Origin: an uncultured Flavobacteriales bacterium
Lineage (GTDB): Bacteria > Bacteroidota > Bacteroidia > Flavobacteriales_D > Crocinitomicaceae
Length of the DNA: 64,000 nucleotides
Reading direction: 5' to 3'
Assembly (NCBI GenBank): GCA_903823565.1
Contig: CAIJTF010000116.1
Coordinates: 4,690 to 68,689 of the forward strand
Both the position numbers and the translations under genes were made by a program. Each line of letters starts with the position of its first letter. Position 1 is the first letter of the stretch. Below the pieces are notes generated by a model. It did no database searches and was not told where the DNA came from. It worked only from the letters and a program-made list of their open reading frames with translations. Shown in pieces: positions 51,024 to 61,093 of the stretch.

Positions 51024-52085
51024 TTATCGAATAACCAATTTTTGGACAGCCTTATTTCCACTTAGGGTTTCGATCAACAAATAATAAATCCCTTTGTTGC
51101 TATCGATTCGAAGTGAAACCAGTGGTTGCTGTTGGTGTGTATAATAACCAATTTTTTGGCCTAAACCGTTGGTAATCGTCACCGATTTAATTTCTTCCGC
51201 ACCTTCAATAAAAACGGTTCCACTCGATGGGTTGGGATAGACAGTAAAGTTTTGTTGGGTTATGAATGAAGTAGATCCAGAAGGACTGCAGGTACACTCA
51301 TGGGTTCCCAATGAATTCCAGTTTCCATCCAGAATAGGATTCCCGCTCTGGCCCAATACGGTATCGCCATTTCCATCTAACCTAACGATTACCGCTGGGA
51401 TCGTGTCCCATTCTAATAACGGGTCGAAAAATGCAACTTGGGTGGTTACCCCTTTTTGGATGGTTGCCTTGCGCAACATGGAATGGTCTTTCGTAACCAA
51501 AACTCCCTGCCCGTTGTTGTAAGGAAAACTGGTTGACCAAGCACCGTCGTTTCCTGCGGAGGATCCAGTTTCATTGGCAGGGTTTTCACCAATCTTACCA
51601 AAAATATCAACGATGGCAAATCCCGGTACATTGGCTGGGCTAATCACTGCAGTGGGTGAGGCAGGAAGAGTTCCCTTTGCCAACATCACGGCATCATTGC
51701 CATTCCAATAGAACGCATTTGAGGTATTGTATACCGGGCAATAAAATCCGTCGGCTCTCACTTGTAAGGAGTCCCAAATCGGGGCTTCTTGACCCGTACC
51801 ATTGGGATCCAATTTCTCTAAAACGGCCACATAGGTATCGTAAGCACTGATCGTACCATTCAACTGAACGGCATTGGCTACCGTCGCGGAGGAAGATCCG
51901 TTGGAGTAACGCACCACAAAATACCCATCCAGATCTATGGTTTGGCTTGTTGGATTATAAATTTCTAAAGCTTTGTTATTGGACCAACCTTCGACGTATT
52001 CAGAAATAAATAAGTCCGCGCAGGTATTTTGTGCTTTTCCGGAGAAAGCGAGCGCGATAAGGACAAGGGTAAACGTTGTTTTCAT
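51024..52085 (-). CDS. Secreted lamin-tail-domain (LTD)-like protein with T9SS C-terminal sorting domain
   Basis: 353 aa with a signal peptide. N-terminal DLFISEYVEGWSNNKALEIYNPT...IDL..Y motif, as in the LTD modules of ExeM/NucH-type extracellular nucleases. The C-terminus is VYPNPSSGTVFI...GIYYLLI. Confidence 0.6.
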   Translation of the reverse strand: MKTTFTLVLIALAFSGKAQNTCADLFISEYVEGWSNNKALEIYNPTSQTIDLDGYFVVRYSNGSSSATVANAVQLNGTISAYDTYVAVLEKLDPNGTGQEAPIWDSLQVRADGFYCPVYNTSNAFYWNGNDAVMLAKGTLPASPTAVISPANVPGFAIVDIFGKIGENPANETGSSAGNDGAWSTSFPYNNGQGVLVTKDHSMLRKATIQKGVTTQVAFFDPLLEWDTIPAVIVRLDGNGDTVLGQSGNPILDGNWNSLGTHECTCSPSGSTSFITQQNFTVYPNPSSGTVFIEGAEEIKSVTITNGLGQKIGYYTHQQQPLVSLRIDSNKGIYYLLIETLSGNKAVQKLVIR

Positions 52086-52209
52086 AGGCGATTTTAATGA
52101 TTACAAAATTAAGGAGGTTTTTTGACATCCACATGTAATTTTTTTTACCCAATTGTTAATAAATGGCATTTGGTTCTAAATTGGTAATTTCGCAAGAAAG
52201 AAGCGCATT

Positions 52210-54375
52210 ATGAGAAAGCATTACGGGTTAATTTTTTGTTTTTTGGTCTCATTGGCCTACACCCAATCACTAACTGTAGAGAAAATTTGGAAACAATTTG
52301 AGTTTCGCGCGAAAGGAGTGGCTGGATTTAACAGCCTAAGAGACGGGGTCCATTATAGTCTAATGGACGAAAAAGGGAATTTAGTTATGGTTCCCTTGGA
52401 TTCTAAGGAGGAACAACCCAAAGTATTAATTAACGCCAGTGATTTGGTCTGGCAAGGGAAAGGCCTAGCCGTACAAGATTATGCGTTTAACCTTCAGGAA
52501 AACAAGGTTTTGCTCATGACCGATGTAAACCCCATTTACCGCAATAGCTACACTGCCGTGTATTACCTATTCGATTTGCAAACCAAGAAGCTAAGCCCTT
52601 TGTCGAACGAGATGACGCCCCAAACCTTGGCCGAGTATTCCCCGGATGGAACCATGGTTTCCTTTGTCTTCAAAAACGATTTATACGTAAAGAATTTGTC
52701 CAACGGAAATATTACGGCGATAACTACGGACGGAAAAAAGAACAAGGTGATTAATGGTACGACGGATTGGGTTTACGAGGAGGAGTTTACCATAACCAAA
52801 GCGTATAGTTGGTCGCCCGACTCAAAGTACTTAGCGTTTTTAAAGTTTGTTGAAAAGGGGGTAAAAGAATTTGGGATTGATAAGTATGGTGCCCTCTATC
52901 CAGATCGATTCGAATACAAATACCCAAAAGCGGGAGAGGATAATTCCGTGGTAACGGCACATTGGGTCTCAGTTTCCAAAGCTCAAATAATAAATCCCAT
53001 TGCCCTTGGTTCTTATGAATATATTCCAAGAATCCAATGGTCGAATGTGTCCAATCGCCTTTTGTTACAGACAATGAATCGTCATCAAGACAGCCTTCAA
53101 TATCACATGGTGGATTTTACGTTAGGGAAAAAACCAATACACAGCATTCTCTACACGGACTATAGCAATACCTATGTGGATGTGAATGAGGCCTTGCATT
53201 TTATGCCCAACGGAAATGGGTTTTTCTTTACTTCCGAAAAATCAGGGTATAATCAATTGTATTCCTTGGATTATTCAAGCAAGATGCAATCGATTACTAA
53301 TGGTACATCGGACGTAATCGATGCTTTTGGAGTGAGCCAAGATGGCCTGTATTTTTATTTTACACGTTCCAAACAATTTGGGATATCTAAGGAATTATGC
53401 AGCATTAATATTCAAACCAAAGAGGTAACGATGCTGTCGCCTTCTGAGGGGTGGATGGATGCTTCCTTTACCCAAGGAATGAAGTATTTTGTGGGAACGT
53501 ATTCAGATGCCAATACACCACCTGCGCATGGGCTATACAACGGTAAAGGCATCTTGATAAAGGTCTTAGAAGATAATTCCGCTTTGAAAACCAAACTAGC
53601 CGCATTAAACTTGAGCAAAAAAGAATTCCAACGAATGGATATAAATGGTGTCCCATTAAATGCTTCGGTTATGTTTCCACCCAATTTTGATAAAAGCAAC
53701 AAGTATCCGGTTTACATGAATGTATACGGAGGACCTGGACACAATGAAGTAACGAATCAATGGGATGGAAATGATTACATGTTTCACCAATTGTTGGCGT
53801 CAAAGGGATATATTATAGTGAGTGTTGATCCTCGAGGGACACAGTACCAAGGGGCAGCCTTTAAAAAAGCGACCTACCTCCAGTTGGGCAAGTTGGAAGT
53901 TGAAGATTTTATTGGTACCGCCAAATATTTCCAATCCCTTCCTTACGTTGATGCGAGCCGTGTTGGTATCATGGGGTGGAGTTACGGAGGCTTTATGGCT
54001 TCCTTGGCCATCACGAAAGGCGCAGATGTGTTCAAAATGGGAATCGCGGTGGCTCCGGTAACGAATTGGAGGTACTATGATAACATTTACACAGAACGGT
54101 TCATGCGAACTCCTCAAGAGAATGCGGATGGGTACGATTCTAATTCACCAATCAATCACGTAGATAAATTGAAAGGGAAGTATTTATTGATTCACGGAAT
54201 GGCAGACGATAACGTACATTTTCAAAACAGTACCGATATGGTAAGTGCTTTAGTAAAAGCGGATAAGCAATTTGATTTTTTTGCCTATCCAAACAAGAAC
54301 CACGGAATTTATGGTGGGAATACCCGAAATCACTTATTTTCAATGATGTACAATTACATTTTAGAAAACTTATAG
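52210..54375 (+). CDS. Dipeptidyl-peptidase IV (S9B family serine peptidase)
   Basis: 721 aa. DPP-IV N-terminal beta-propeller region (..TDWVYEEEF...). Catalytic domain with GWSYGGFM (Ser), HGMADDNVH (Asp) and NHGI (His). Confidence 0.9.
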   Translation: MRKHYGLIFCFLVSLAYTQSLTVEKIWKQFEFRAKGVAGFNSLRDGVHYSLMDEKGNLVMVPLDSKEEQPKVLINASDLVWQGKGLAVQDYAFNLQENKVLLMTDVNPIYRNSYTAVYYLFDLQTKKLSPLSNEMTPQTLAEYSPDGTMVSFVFKNDLYVKNLSNGNITAITTDGKKNKVINGTTDWVYEEEFTITKAYSWSPDSKYLAFLKFVEKGVKEFGIDKYGALYPDRFEYKYPKAGEDNSVVTAHWVSVSKAQIINPIALGSYEYIPRIQWSNVSNRLLLQTMNRHQDSLQYHMVDFTLGKKPIHSILYTDYSNTYVDVNEALHFMPNGNGFFFTSEKSGYNQLYSLDYSSKMQSITNGTSDVIDAFGVSQDGLYFYFTRSKQFGISKELCSINIQTKEVTMLSPSEGWMDASFTQGMKYFVGTYSDANTPPAHGLYNGKGILIKVLEDNSALKTKLAALNLSKKEFQRMDINGVPLNASVMFPPNFDKSNKYPVYMNVYGGPGHNEVTNQWDGNDYMFHQLLASKGYIIVSVDPRGTQYQGAAFKKATYLQLGKLEVEDFIGTAKYFQSLPYVDASRVGIMGWSYGGFMASLAITKGADVFKMGIAVAPVTNWRYYDNIYTERFMRTPQENADGYDSNSPINHVDKLKGKYLLIHGMADDNVHFQNSTDMVSALVKADKQFDFFAYPNKNHGIYGGNTRNHLFSMMYNYILENL

Positions 54376-54481
54376 GTAGAAACTGATACCAATCTTAATG
54401 GGTAGAATTATTTCTTTCCTAGTTTCTTCCTGAAATACCAAATTTGTTTAGTAAATTAGGCGGAAAAATTTTTGAACTAGA

Positions 54482-55771
54482 ATGAGTGAAGTTGCCAAGC
54501 TTGAATTAAACGGTACCGTTTACGAGCTCCCTGTGATTACAGGAACAGAAAATGAGAAAGCCATAGATATCTCCAAACTAAGAGACCTTACGGGGTATGT
54601 TACCTTGGATACCGGATATAAAAATACCGGGGCAACAAAAAGTGCCATTACCTTTTTAGATGGGGAAGAAGGAATTTTACATTATCGAGGTTATCCCATC
54701 GAGCAGCTTGCAGAAAAAGCATCTTTTCTCGAGGTATCCTATTTGTTAATTCATGGTGATTTACCGACGCAAGCGGAATTGGTCGAATTTGAAAACAGCA
54801 TCAAAAAACATACGTTAGTGCATGAAGACATGAAACGGTTTTTTGAGGCCTATCCTGCAAAAGCTCATCCAATGGGGGTTTTGTCGTCGATGATTTCGTC
54901 GCTTTCCACGTTTTATCCAGAATCCTTAGATCCTAATCGAAGTCAAGAAAAGAAAAACCTGACGGTGCATCGCCTGATTGCGAAGTTACCCACCTTAGCA
55001 GCTTGGTCTTATAAAAACTCAATGCGCCATCCCTTTATGTATCCTAGAAACGATTACGATTACGTTAAGAATTTCTTGTACATGATGTTCGGTATGCCTA
55101 CCGAGCAATACGACGTAGACCCCGTTGTTGTTAGTGCCTTGAATACGCTACTTATCCTACATGCCGATCACGAACAGAATTGTTCTACTTCCACCGTTCG
55201 TATAGTAGGTTCTTCCAATGCCAACCTATATTCTACGATTTCCGCCGGTATATCTGCTTTGTGGGGACCGCTACATGGAGGAGCAAACCAAGAGGTTATT
55301 GAAATGCTAGAACAAATTGAAGCCGATGGAGGAAACGTTGATAAATGGGTAGCTAAGGCTAAAGATAAAGAAGATCCCTTTCGATTGATGGGATTTGGGC
55401 ACCGTGTTTATAAAAACTTCGATCCGCGCGCTAAAATCATCAAGAAAGCTTGCGACGAGGTGCTTTCAAAGTTGGGTGTAAACGATCCTTTACTAGATAT
55501 TGCTAAAAAACTGGAGCAAGTGGCCTTGGAGGACGATTACTTCAAAGCGCGCAATCTGTATCCGAATGTCGATTTTTACTCAGGAATCATCTATAAAGCG
55601 TTAGGCATCCCTACCGAAATGTTTACCGTCATGTTCGCTCTAGGAAGGCTCCCTGGTTGGATTGCTCAATGGAAGGAAATGACCGAAAACAAGGAGCCAA
55701 TTGGTCGACCAAGGCAAGTTTATGTCGGTGAAATCAATCGAAACTACGTTCCTATTCAGGATCGCAAATAA
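54482..55771 (+). CDS. gltA: Citrate synthase (type II)
   Basis: 429 aa; LILHADHEQNCSTSTVR, GPLHGGANQ, GFGHRVYKNFDPRA, NVDFYSG; a textbook citrate synthase. Confidence 0.96.
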   Translation: MSEVAKLELNGTVYELPVITGTENEKAIDISKLRDLTGYVTLDTGYKNTGATKSAITFLDGEEGILHYRGYPIEQLAEKASFLEVSYLLIHGDLPTQAELVEFENSIKKHTLVHEDMKRFFEAYPAKAHPMGVLSSMISSLSTFYPESLDPNRSQEKKNLTVHRLIAKLPTLAAWSYKNSMRHPFMYPRNDYDYVKNFLYMMFGMPTEQYDVDPVVVSALNTLLILHADHEQNCSTSTVRIVGSSNANLYSTISAGISALWGPLHGGANQEVIEMLEQIEADGGNVDKWVAKAKDKEDPFRLMGFGHRVYKNFDPRAKIIKKACDEVLSKLGVNDPLLDIAKKLEQVALEDDYFKARNLYPNVDFYSGIIYKALGIPTEMFTVMFALGRLPGWIAQWKEMTENKEPIGRPRQVYVGEINRNYVPIQDRK

Positions 55772-56924
55772 GGTCTTTTGGCTTGCTGGAATAGGTATCA
55801 TATCTTCTAAACTCACAGGGTAGGTTGCCATTATAAACCGCGTGTTTTAAGGTAGGTTTAAGCCCAATCTCGTTCCAACCCTCGCTGTTACTATTAATAA
55901 GCCAGATGGGGATCCCTGTCATTTCATGCTTCATCCAAGATCCTAAGTTTCTATAAAAATTATCCCCGTCTACAGAGATGCGTTCGTCATACGGGGGGTT
56001 ACTCATAATGAATTGTATGTCCTTGGAGGCAATTACCGTTTCGAAAGAACAGGATTGTATTTGGATAAAGCGCCCAAATGAAAACCCGCGTAAATTCCGT
56101 CGGGTTTTAAGTACCATTTCATCCGAAAGGTCCGAACCGTTGATTGGACATGGAAGTGCTCTTACTGTTTTAGTAGCCTTCTCTACGATTTCCTCCCAGC
56201 ACTTCGCGTCGTATGAAAGTAAATTTTTAAAAGCATAGTGGCTTCGCTCGATATTGGAAGGAATTCCAGATGCTAAAAGGGCCGCTTCGATTAACAAGGT
56301 TCCAGCACCACAAAAAGGATCGTAAAAGGAAGTCTTACGATCCCACCCCGAAAGCCTAATCAAACATGCTGCTACTACCTCATTCAAAGGTGCAACTCCG
56401 GTTGCTGTTCGATATCCTCGCTGAAACAAAGGGAGACCGCTGGTGTTGATGGAGATTACACCTTCTTTATCCGTTAAATACAAATCAATAGACACCTTTG
56501 GGTGCTTAATGTCTACCGAAGGCCGTTCTTTTCCTACCGATCGAAAATGATCGCTTATACCATCTTTTACAAGTAAAAAAGGGTAGTGTGTATTGCGCAC
56601 TTTTTTCGTTTGAATGGCTCCTCGAATGGCAATCGTATTTTTTTCATTAAACAAAGCGGACCATCGAATACTGGCGGAGGCATCGTAAACATCCTGTTCG
56701 TTTTTGAACGGGAATTTGCAGATTTCTACCAAAACGGAAAGGGCACAACGGCTATGAAGGTTTAAAAAATATACATCGCTCCATGTACCTTTCAAACTCA
56801 CGGCACGATTCCCTTTCACGCAATCCGGATATCCCAGCTCCGTGAGTTCCTCTTGAAGTACGGTTTCAAATCCGTAAAAACACTTGAGGGTGATTGTTAA
56901 ATTTTTAGTAGATTCTTGCTTCAT
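55752..56924 (-). CDS. THUMP-domain class I SAM-dependent RNA methyltransferase (RlmL/UPF0020-like)
   Basis: 390 aa. THUMP-like N-terminal half, then SAM motif I (DPFCGAGTLLIEAA) and motif IV (SNPPYDERI). The 3' end overlaps gltA by 20 nt, convergently. Confidence 0.8.
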   Translation of the reverse strand: MKQESTKNLTITLKCFYGFETVLQEELTELGYPDCVKGNRAVSLKGTWSDVYFLNLHSRCALSVLVEICKFPFKNEQDVYDASASIRWSALFNEKNTIAIRGAIQTKKVRNTHYPFLLVKDGISDHFRSVGKERPSVDIKHPKVSIDLYLTDKEGVISINTSGLPLFQRGYRTATGVAPLNEVVAACLIRLSGWDRKTSFYDPFCGAGTLLIEAALLASGIPSNIERSHYAFKNLLSYDAKCWEEIVEKATKTVRALPCPINGSDLSDEMVLKTRRNLRGFSFGRFIQIQSCSFETVIASKDIQFIMSNPPYDERISVDGDNFYRNLGSWMKHEMTGIPIWLINSNSEGWNEIGLKPTLKHAVYNGNLPCEFRRYDTYSSKPKDLICDPE

Positions 56925-56949
56925 TTCGGAATTCGGTAAATAATGCGGT

Positions 56950-56957
56950 TAATTTTG
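56950..56957 (+). promoter_or_regulatory. Putative -7 box (TAATTTTG) for the patatin gene
   Basis: Matches TAnnTTTG, 17 nt upstream of the TTG start. No convincing -33 element. Confidence 0.3.
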
Positions 56958-56973
56958 TACAAAAGAACAAACT

Positions 56974-59265
56974 TTGGGTAGCAAATTTCATTTCATCCTA
57001 TGCTTTTTTTTTCTGCACGGTTGTTTTTCATCCTATGCACAACAAAAAGTAGGCTTGGTTCTGAGCGGTGGTGGGGCCGCAGGCTTATCGCACATTGGAG
57101 TACTCAAAGCTCTGGAGGAGTATGAAATCCCAATTGACTACATATGCGGATCATCTGCCGGGGGATTGGTTGGTAGCTTATATGCCTTGGGAATGTCTCC
57201 CAAAGCGATGGAGCGTTTGGTTACCTCACCAGCTTTCCAGCGCATGGTACGCGGAGAAGTCCCTGCGAATAACCGTTATTTGTATCGCGAAAGCGATCCC
57301 GATGCAGGGATGATTTCCTTAGCCTTTCGGTTGGATTCAATTTTGAAGAATTCGATCCCAATGAATTTTATTCGACCTACCTATTTGGATTTTGAATTGT
57401 TTAAATTTCTTGGAATAGGTGGAGCCACCCTACAAAAAGATTTTAATCAACTCATGGTTCCATTGCGCATTATGGCGAGCGATGTCGTAGGCAAGCGGAG
57501 CGTTATTTTTAAGGCGGGAGACCTAAACGCCGTGGTTCGCGCCTCAATGACCTATCCCTTGTATTTAAATCCAATTCGTATCGGAGGTGTGGTTTATTTC
57601 GACGGCGGGTTGTACAACAACTTTCCCATTAATGTAATGTACGAGGAATTTAATCCAGATTACATTATCGGTAGTAATGTGTCTGACGTAATGAATGAAC
57701 CGGATGAACAGGATTTTATTGGTTTGTTGGACCACATGACTCGGATGCCAACCGAGTACAAATTACCGTGCTCACACGGAGTTATTATTCGTCCGGTAGT
57801 TCGCATGGGTACCTTTGATTTCGAATCAGCCCAACGGGCCATCGATGAGGGGTATTCTGAAACCATGAAATACATTGATACCCTTCGAGCCTACCTAACC
57901 CGGAATGTAGACACGGTTACCCTAAACGCCAAACGAAATCAATGGCAGGAACGTGGCAAAGAACCGCAGATAAGTACGATTAATACCACCTTTTATGAGG
58001 GTAAAAAAGCCAATTACGTTGATCGATCCTTGTATAATTACAGAAAGAAAAAGACCATTAACCTCTCAGATTTGGAGAAACGTTACTACCGCTTGCATGC
58101 GGCCCAACAAATAGATTTTATGTTTCCAACGGTATCCGAAAAGAACGATAGTACGTTTCACTTAGATGTATACGTTCGGAAGGCAAAACCTTTTCAAGTG
58201 GACGTTGGAGGACATTTTTCTTCCCGGCCTGTGAATACGGGATATTTGGGACTTACCTACCGTTCGTTAGGCAAAATGGCCACCGCCTTACATGCCGAAA
58301 CGTATTTTGGGAAGTTTTACGGCTCCGCCAAGGCAGAATTAAGCTTAGATTTTCCAAGCGTCTTCCCCATTACCACCGCTGCCTATTTTGTGATGAATCG
58401 ATGGGATTATTTTCGAAGTTCTGCCACATTTTTCGAGGACGTAAAACCTTCCTTTTTGGTCCAAAACGAAATGTATTATGGGCTAAAGGTAAAGCACCCA
58501 ATACTTAACAATTCACGAGGGATTTTGGATTTTAGGTGGTTCAACCTCGAAGACGATTACTATCAAACCATGAACTTTTTAAGCACCGACACAACGGACC
58601 AAACTTTTTTAAGCGGTGGCTTAGTTTCTTATGAGGTCACGGATAATGCCCTAAACCGAAAACAGTTTGCCAACGAAGGACATTTTTTCACCATGAAAGT
58701 AAAGTATCTTACGGGAATGGAGCGCACCGAACCCGGAACTACAGCCCAATTTGATAGCACCGTTTATAAGCAACACGACTGGTTGAATTTGAATATTGAA
58801 GGACAGTATTACTTTTTTAACAAACCCCATTACGACTTAGGCGTTCACGTAAAAGCAATGTTCAACTCACAATCGCTGTTTGCCAATTACACGGCGAGCT
58901 TATTGTCAATGCCAACCTTAAACGTAATTCCTGATTTAGAAACCTATTTTTTCAAAGAGTATCGTTCACCCCAGTTTGTGGCTTTTGGGGTAAACCAAGT
59001 GGTTCCTATCAAGAGGGGGCTTGAATTTCGGCTGGATGCCTATTATTATCAGCCCTTTATCACCCTTCAAAAATTCGATGACGGAAGCATTCAATATTCA
59101 AAGCCGTTTAAAGGCGATACATGGTTGGCTTCTTCAAGTTTTATTTACCATACCCCTATTGGTCCTCTTCGCGCCACAATGAACTATTTTCCGATGCAGG
59201 TCAACCCCTGGAATTTTCAGTTGAGTTTCGGCTATGTGTTCTTCAATGAGCGAGCCGTTCGTTAG
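56974..59265 (+). CDS. Patatin-like phospholipase fused to a C-terminal Omp85-like beta-barrel (PlpD / type Vd-like architecture)
   Basis: 763 aa. Signal peptide, then patatin motifs [23 protein letters not shown] and GSSAGG. The C-terminal ~400 aa is rich in alternating beta-strand patterns ending ..[21 protein letters not shown] start, with no in-frame ATG nearby. Confidence 0.75.
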   Translation: MGSKFHFILCFFFLHGCFSSYAQQKVGLVLSGGGAAGLSHIGVLKALEEYEIPIDYICGSSAGGLVGSLYALGMSPKAMERLVTSPAFQRMVRGEVPANNRYLYRESDPDAGMISLAFRLDSILKNSIPMNFIRPTYLDFELFKFLGIGGATLQKDFNQLMVPLRIMASDVVGKRSVIFKAGDLNAVVRASMTYPLYLNPIRIGGVVYFDGGLYNNFPINVMYEEFNPDYIIGSNVSDVMNEPDEQDFIGLLDHMTRMPTEYKLPCSHGVIIRPVVRMGTFDFESAQRAIDEGYSETMKYIDTLRAYLTRNVDTVTLNAKRNQWQERGKEPQISTINTTFYEGKKANYVDRSLYNYRKKKTINLSDLEKRYYRLHAAQQIDFMFPTVSEKNDSTFHLDVYVRKAKPFQVDVGGHFSSRPVNTGYLGLTYRSLGKMATALHAETYFGKFYGSAKAELSLDFPSVFPITTAAYFVMNRWDYFRSSATFFEDVKPSFLVQNEMYYGLKVKHPILNNSRGILDFRWFNLEDDYYQTMNFLSTDTTDQTFLSGGLVSYEVTDNALNRKQFANEGHFFTMKVKYLTGMERTEPGTTAQFDSTVYKQHDWLNLNIEGQYYFFNKPHYDLGVHVKAMFNSQSLFANYTASLLSMPTLNVIPDLETYFFKEYRSPQFVAFGVNQVVPIKRGLEFRLDAYYYQPFITLQKFDDGSIQYSKPFKGDTWLASSSFIYHTPIGPLRATMNYFPMQVNPWNFQLSFGYVFFNERAVR

Positions 59266-59267
59266 AA
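59222..59267 (+). repeat. 46-bp direct repeat, left copy (3' end of the patatin gene)
   Basis: TGAGTTTCGGCTATGTGTTCTTCAATGAGCGAGCCGTTCGTTAGAA is identical to 63042-63087. Confidence 0.97.
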
Positions 59268-59551
59268 GTATAAGATAAAAAGCAATCATACAGAGAGGGT
59301 GCTGCAATGTATTCGTGTAAATCCAAAAAGTATTATTAATTAACAAAAGTGGTTGTAACGCTAACGTCAAAAATCGACAATTCTTAAAATTCTCTCCCAT
59401 ATTGATGCTAATACAGATAGATTTTAATGCAGTGGAGTTTGTTAAATTTGATTATTATGTTTCGTTTACTTTTAAATTATTTTTTAAGTGAATTAATTGA
59501 CAAATAGCTATTTAAGCATTAAATTTATTTCAGACAAAATACTATAAACTT

Positions 59552-61093
59552 ATGAATTTGCTTAGACTATTCGTGATAATTTGCTGCTATTCCAGCATTT
59601 ATTCTCAGTGTACACCTCCTGCTGGTGCTATTGCAGCCAATCCAAATACGGTGTATTACGCGGGCGGAAGCTGTACTTTCTACGATGCTCAGTGCAACCA
59701 ATTCTTGGTAGTACCCGCAGGCGAAGCATCATGGTCATGTTCACCAGCACTAGCGGCGTGGGTATTGGTTTCGCCAGTCGCAGGCGGATATTATGAGTTC
59801 CCTCATTATGGAAACAACATGCCTCAGATAAATTTTAACCGCTACATGAATCCATTTTGGAATTGTGACACCATTTACAACGAATTAATTTTTCTGGATG
59901 GAGTAGGTTCGAGTGCGAATTTAATGTTTGAACCAGCCCAAATCATTTCAGTCAAGAACTACAATTACAATACGTCCTTTACTCAAGGAGTCGATTATCA
60001 GCTGAATGGAAATACCATTACTCAGATAAGTCCCAATGTATCCACTTCGGTGACCACTACCTTTGGCAGCGGATTGGAAAATAAACAGCACAGTTCATGG
60101 ACCAATGTAACGTATATTCCCAATCGATCCAATTGGAATGCCAACAACAATTTCACTTATCGTGGACAACAATTACCTAAGACGATGGCCAAATTGCAGA
60201 ACCAACTTCCGTTAACCGTTCAGGCGATTGGAATGTCCATTACCTGCGGTTTGAATGTGAGCGGTTTCATCGGTGATCCGAATAATTTTCAAGCCAATGT
60301 CCCCTACATGCATAGTTACATCGATATGCTTGGCACAAAACTTAATCAAGTTTTTGGAAACAATACCAGCATGCTCAACAGTTCTTGTGGCGGCAAAACG
60401 ATTGCTTGGGTCGATAATTATTGTGAGCCATTGGTGAATCCCAATAACCCTGACTTGGTGATCATCGACATGGGAATGAATGATATTTGGGGAACATCAA
60501 CGGCGTCATTTATGAACAGCTTACAATCAGCAATGAATAAAATGAAAACCCATAACCCGGACGTGGAATTTATTTTAATTTCGAACATGTTGCCGGATGT
60601 CAACGGAATGGGTGCTCCTGCGAACGGTGCAATAGATATGTACGGATTTAGAGCAGCCATGTTGAATTTGGATACTGTAGGTACCGTAGTGTTCGATATG
60701 ACTTCGATGAGCGACACGATTTATCAGCGCAAAGGAGCCAATCAATGTACAGCCAATTCCCTTCATCCAAATGACTATTTGGCACGATGGTACGCTCAAG
60801 GGTTATTTGAAATATTCAATGAGCCGCAAGGGGCAACACTTAACGAAACAGCATTCGGTCATATTGAAGTTTACCCCAATCCAGCTTCTGGATCATTTAC
60901 CTTGGACCTCGGTAAGATGATTCTTCCAGCAAGTATTACCTTATTTGATTTGAATGGCCAGAAGGTATTTGAGGCGGAGCAAAGCGAACAGATTTTGACC
61001 TATGATTTAAAATCCAATATTAAAGCAGGAAATTATTTATTAAAAATTTCAAATGGAAAACAATTGTCGGAAAAACTACTTCAGATTCGATAA
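59552..61093 (+). CDS. SGNH/GDSL-type hydrolase-domain protein with T9SS C-terminal sorting domain
   Basis: 513 aa with a signal peptide. SGNH blocks (..AIGMSIT.G, DLVIIDMGMNDIW, SLHPND). The C-terminus is VYPNPASGSFTL...GNYLLKI. Confidence 0.6.
   Translation: MNLLRLFVIICCYSSIYSQCTPPAGAIAANPNTVYYAGGSCTFYDAQCNQFLVVPAGEASWSCSPALAAWVLVSPVAGGYYEFPHYGNNMPQINFNRYMNPFWNCDTIYNELIFLDGVGSSANLMFEPAQIISVKNYNYNTSFTQGVDYQLNGNTITQISPNVSTSVTTTFGSGLENKQHSSWTNVTYIPNRSNWNANNNFTYRGQQLPKTMAKLQNQLPLTVQAIGMSITCGLNVSGFIGDPNNFQANVPYMHSYIDMLGTKLNQVFGNNTSMLNSSCGGKTIAWVDNYCEPLVNPNNPDLVIIDMGMNDIWGTSTASFMNSLQSAMNKMKTHNPDVEFILISNMLPDVNGMGAPANGAIDMYGFRAAMLNLDTVGTVVFDMTSMSDTIYQRKGANQCTANSLHPNDYLARWYAQGLFEIFNEPQGATLNETAFGHIEVYPNPASGSFTLDLGKMILPASITLFDLNGQKVFEAEQSEQILTYDLKSNIKAGNYLLKISNGKQLSEKLLQIR

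Noticed and set aside
55752-55771. Convergent 3'-end overlaps: gltA/THUMP methyltransferase (20 nt), DOMON/phoD (41440-41450, 11 nt), and ydjM-like gene/31514 ORF (31514-31532, 19 nt).
   Set aside because: The stop positions are unambiguous, but short convergent overlaps are common in compact genomes. Nothing in the sequence, such as a hairpin or a conserved motif, suggests a regulatory function.
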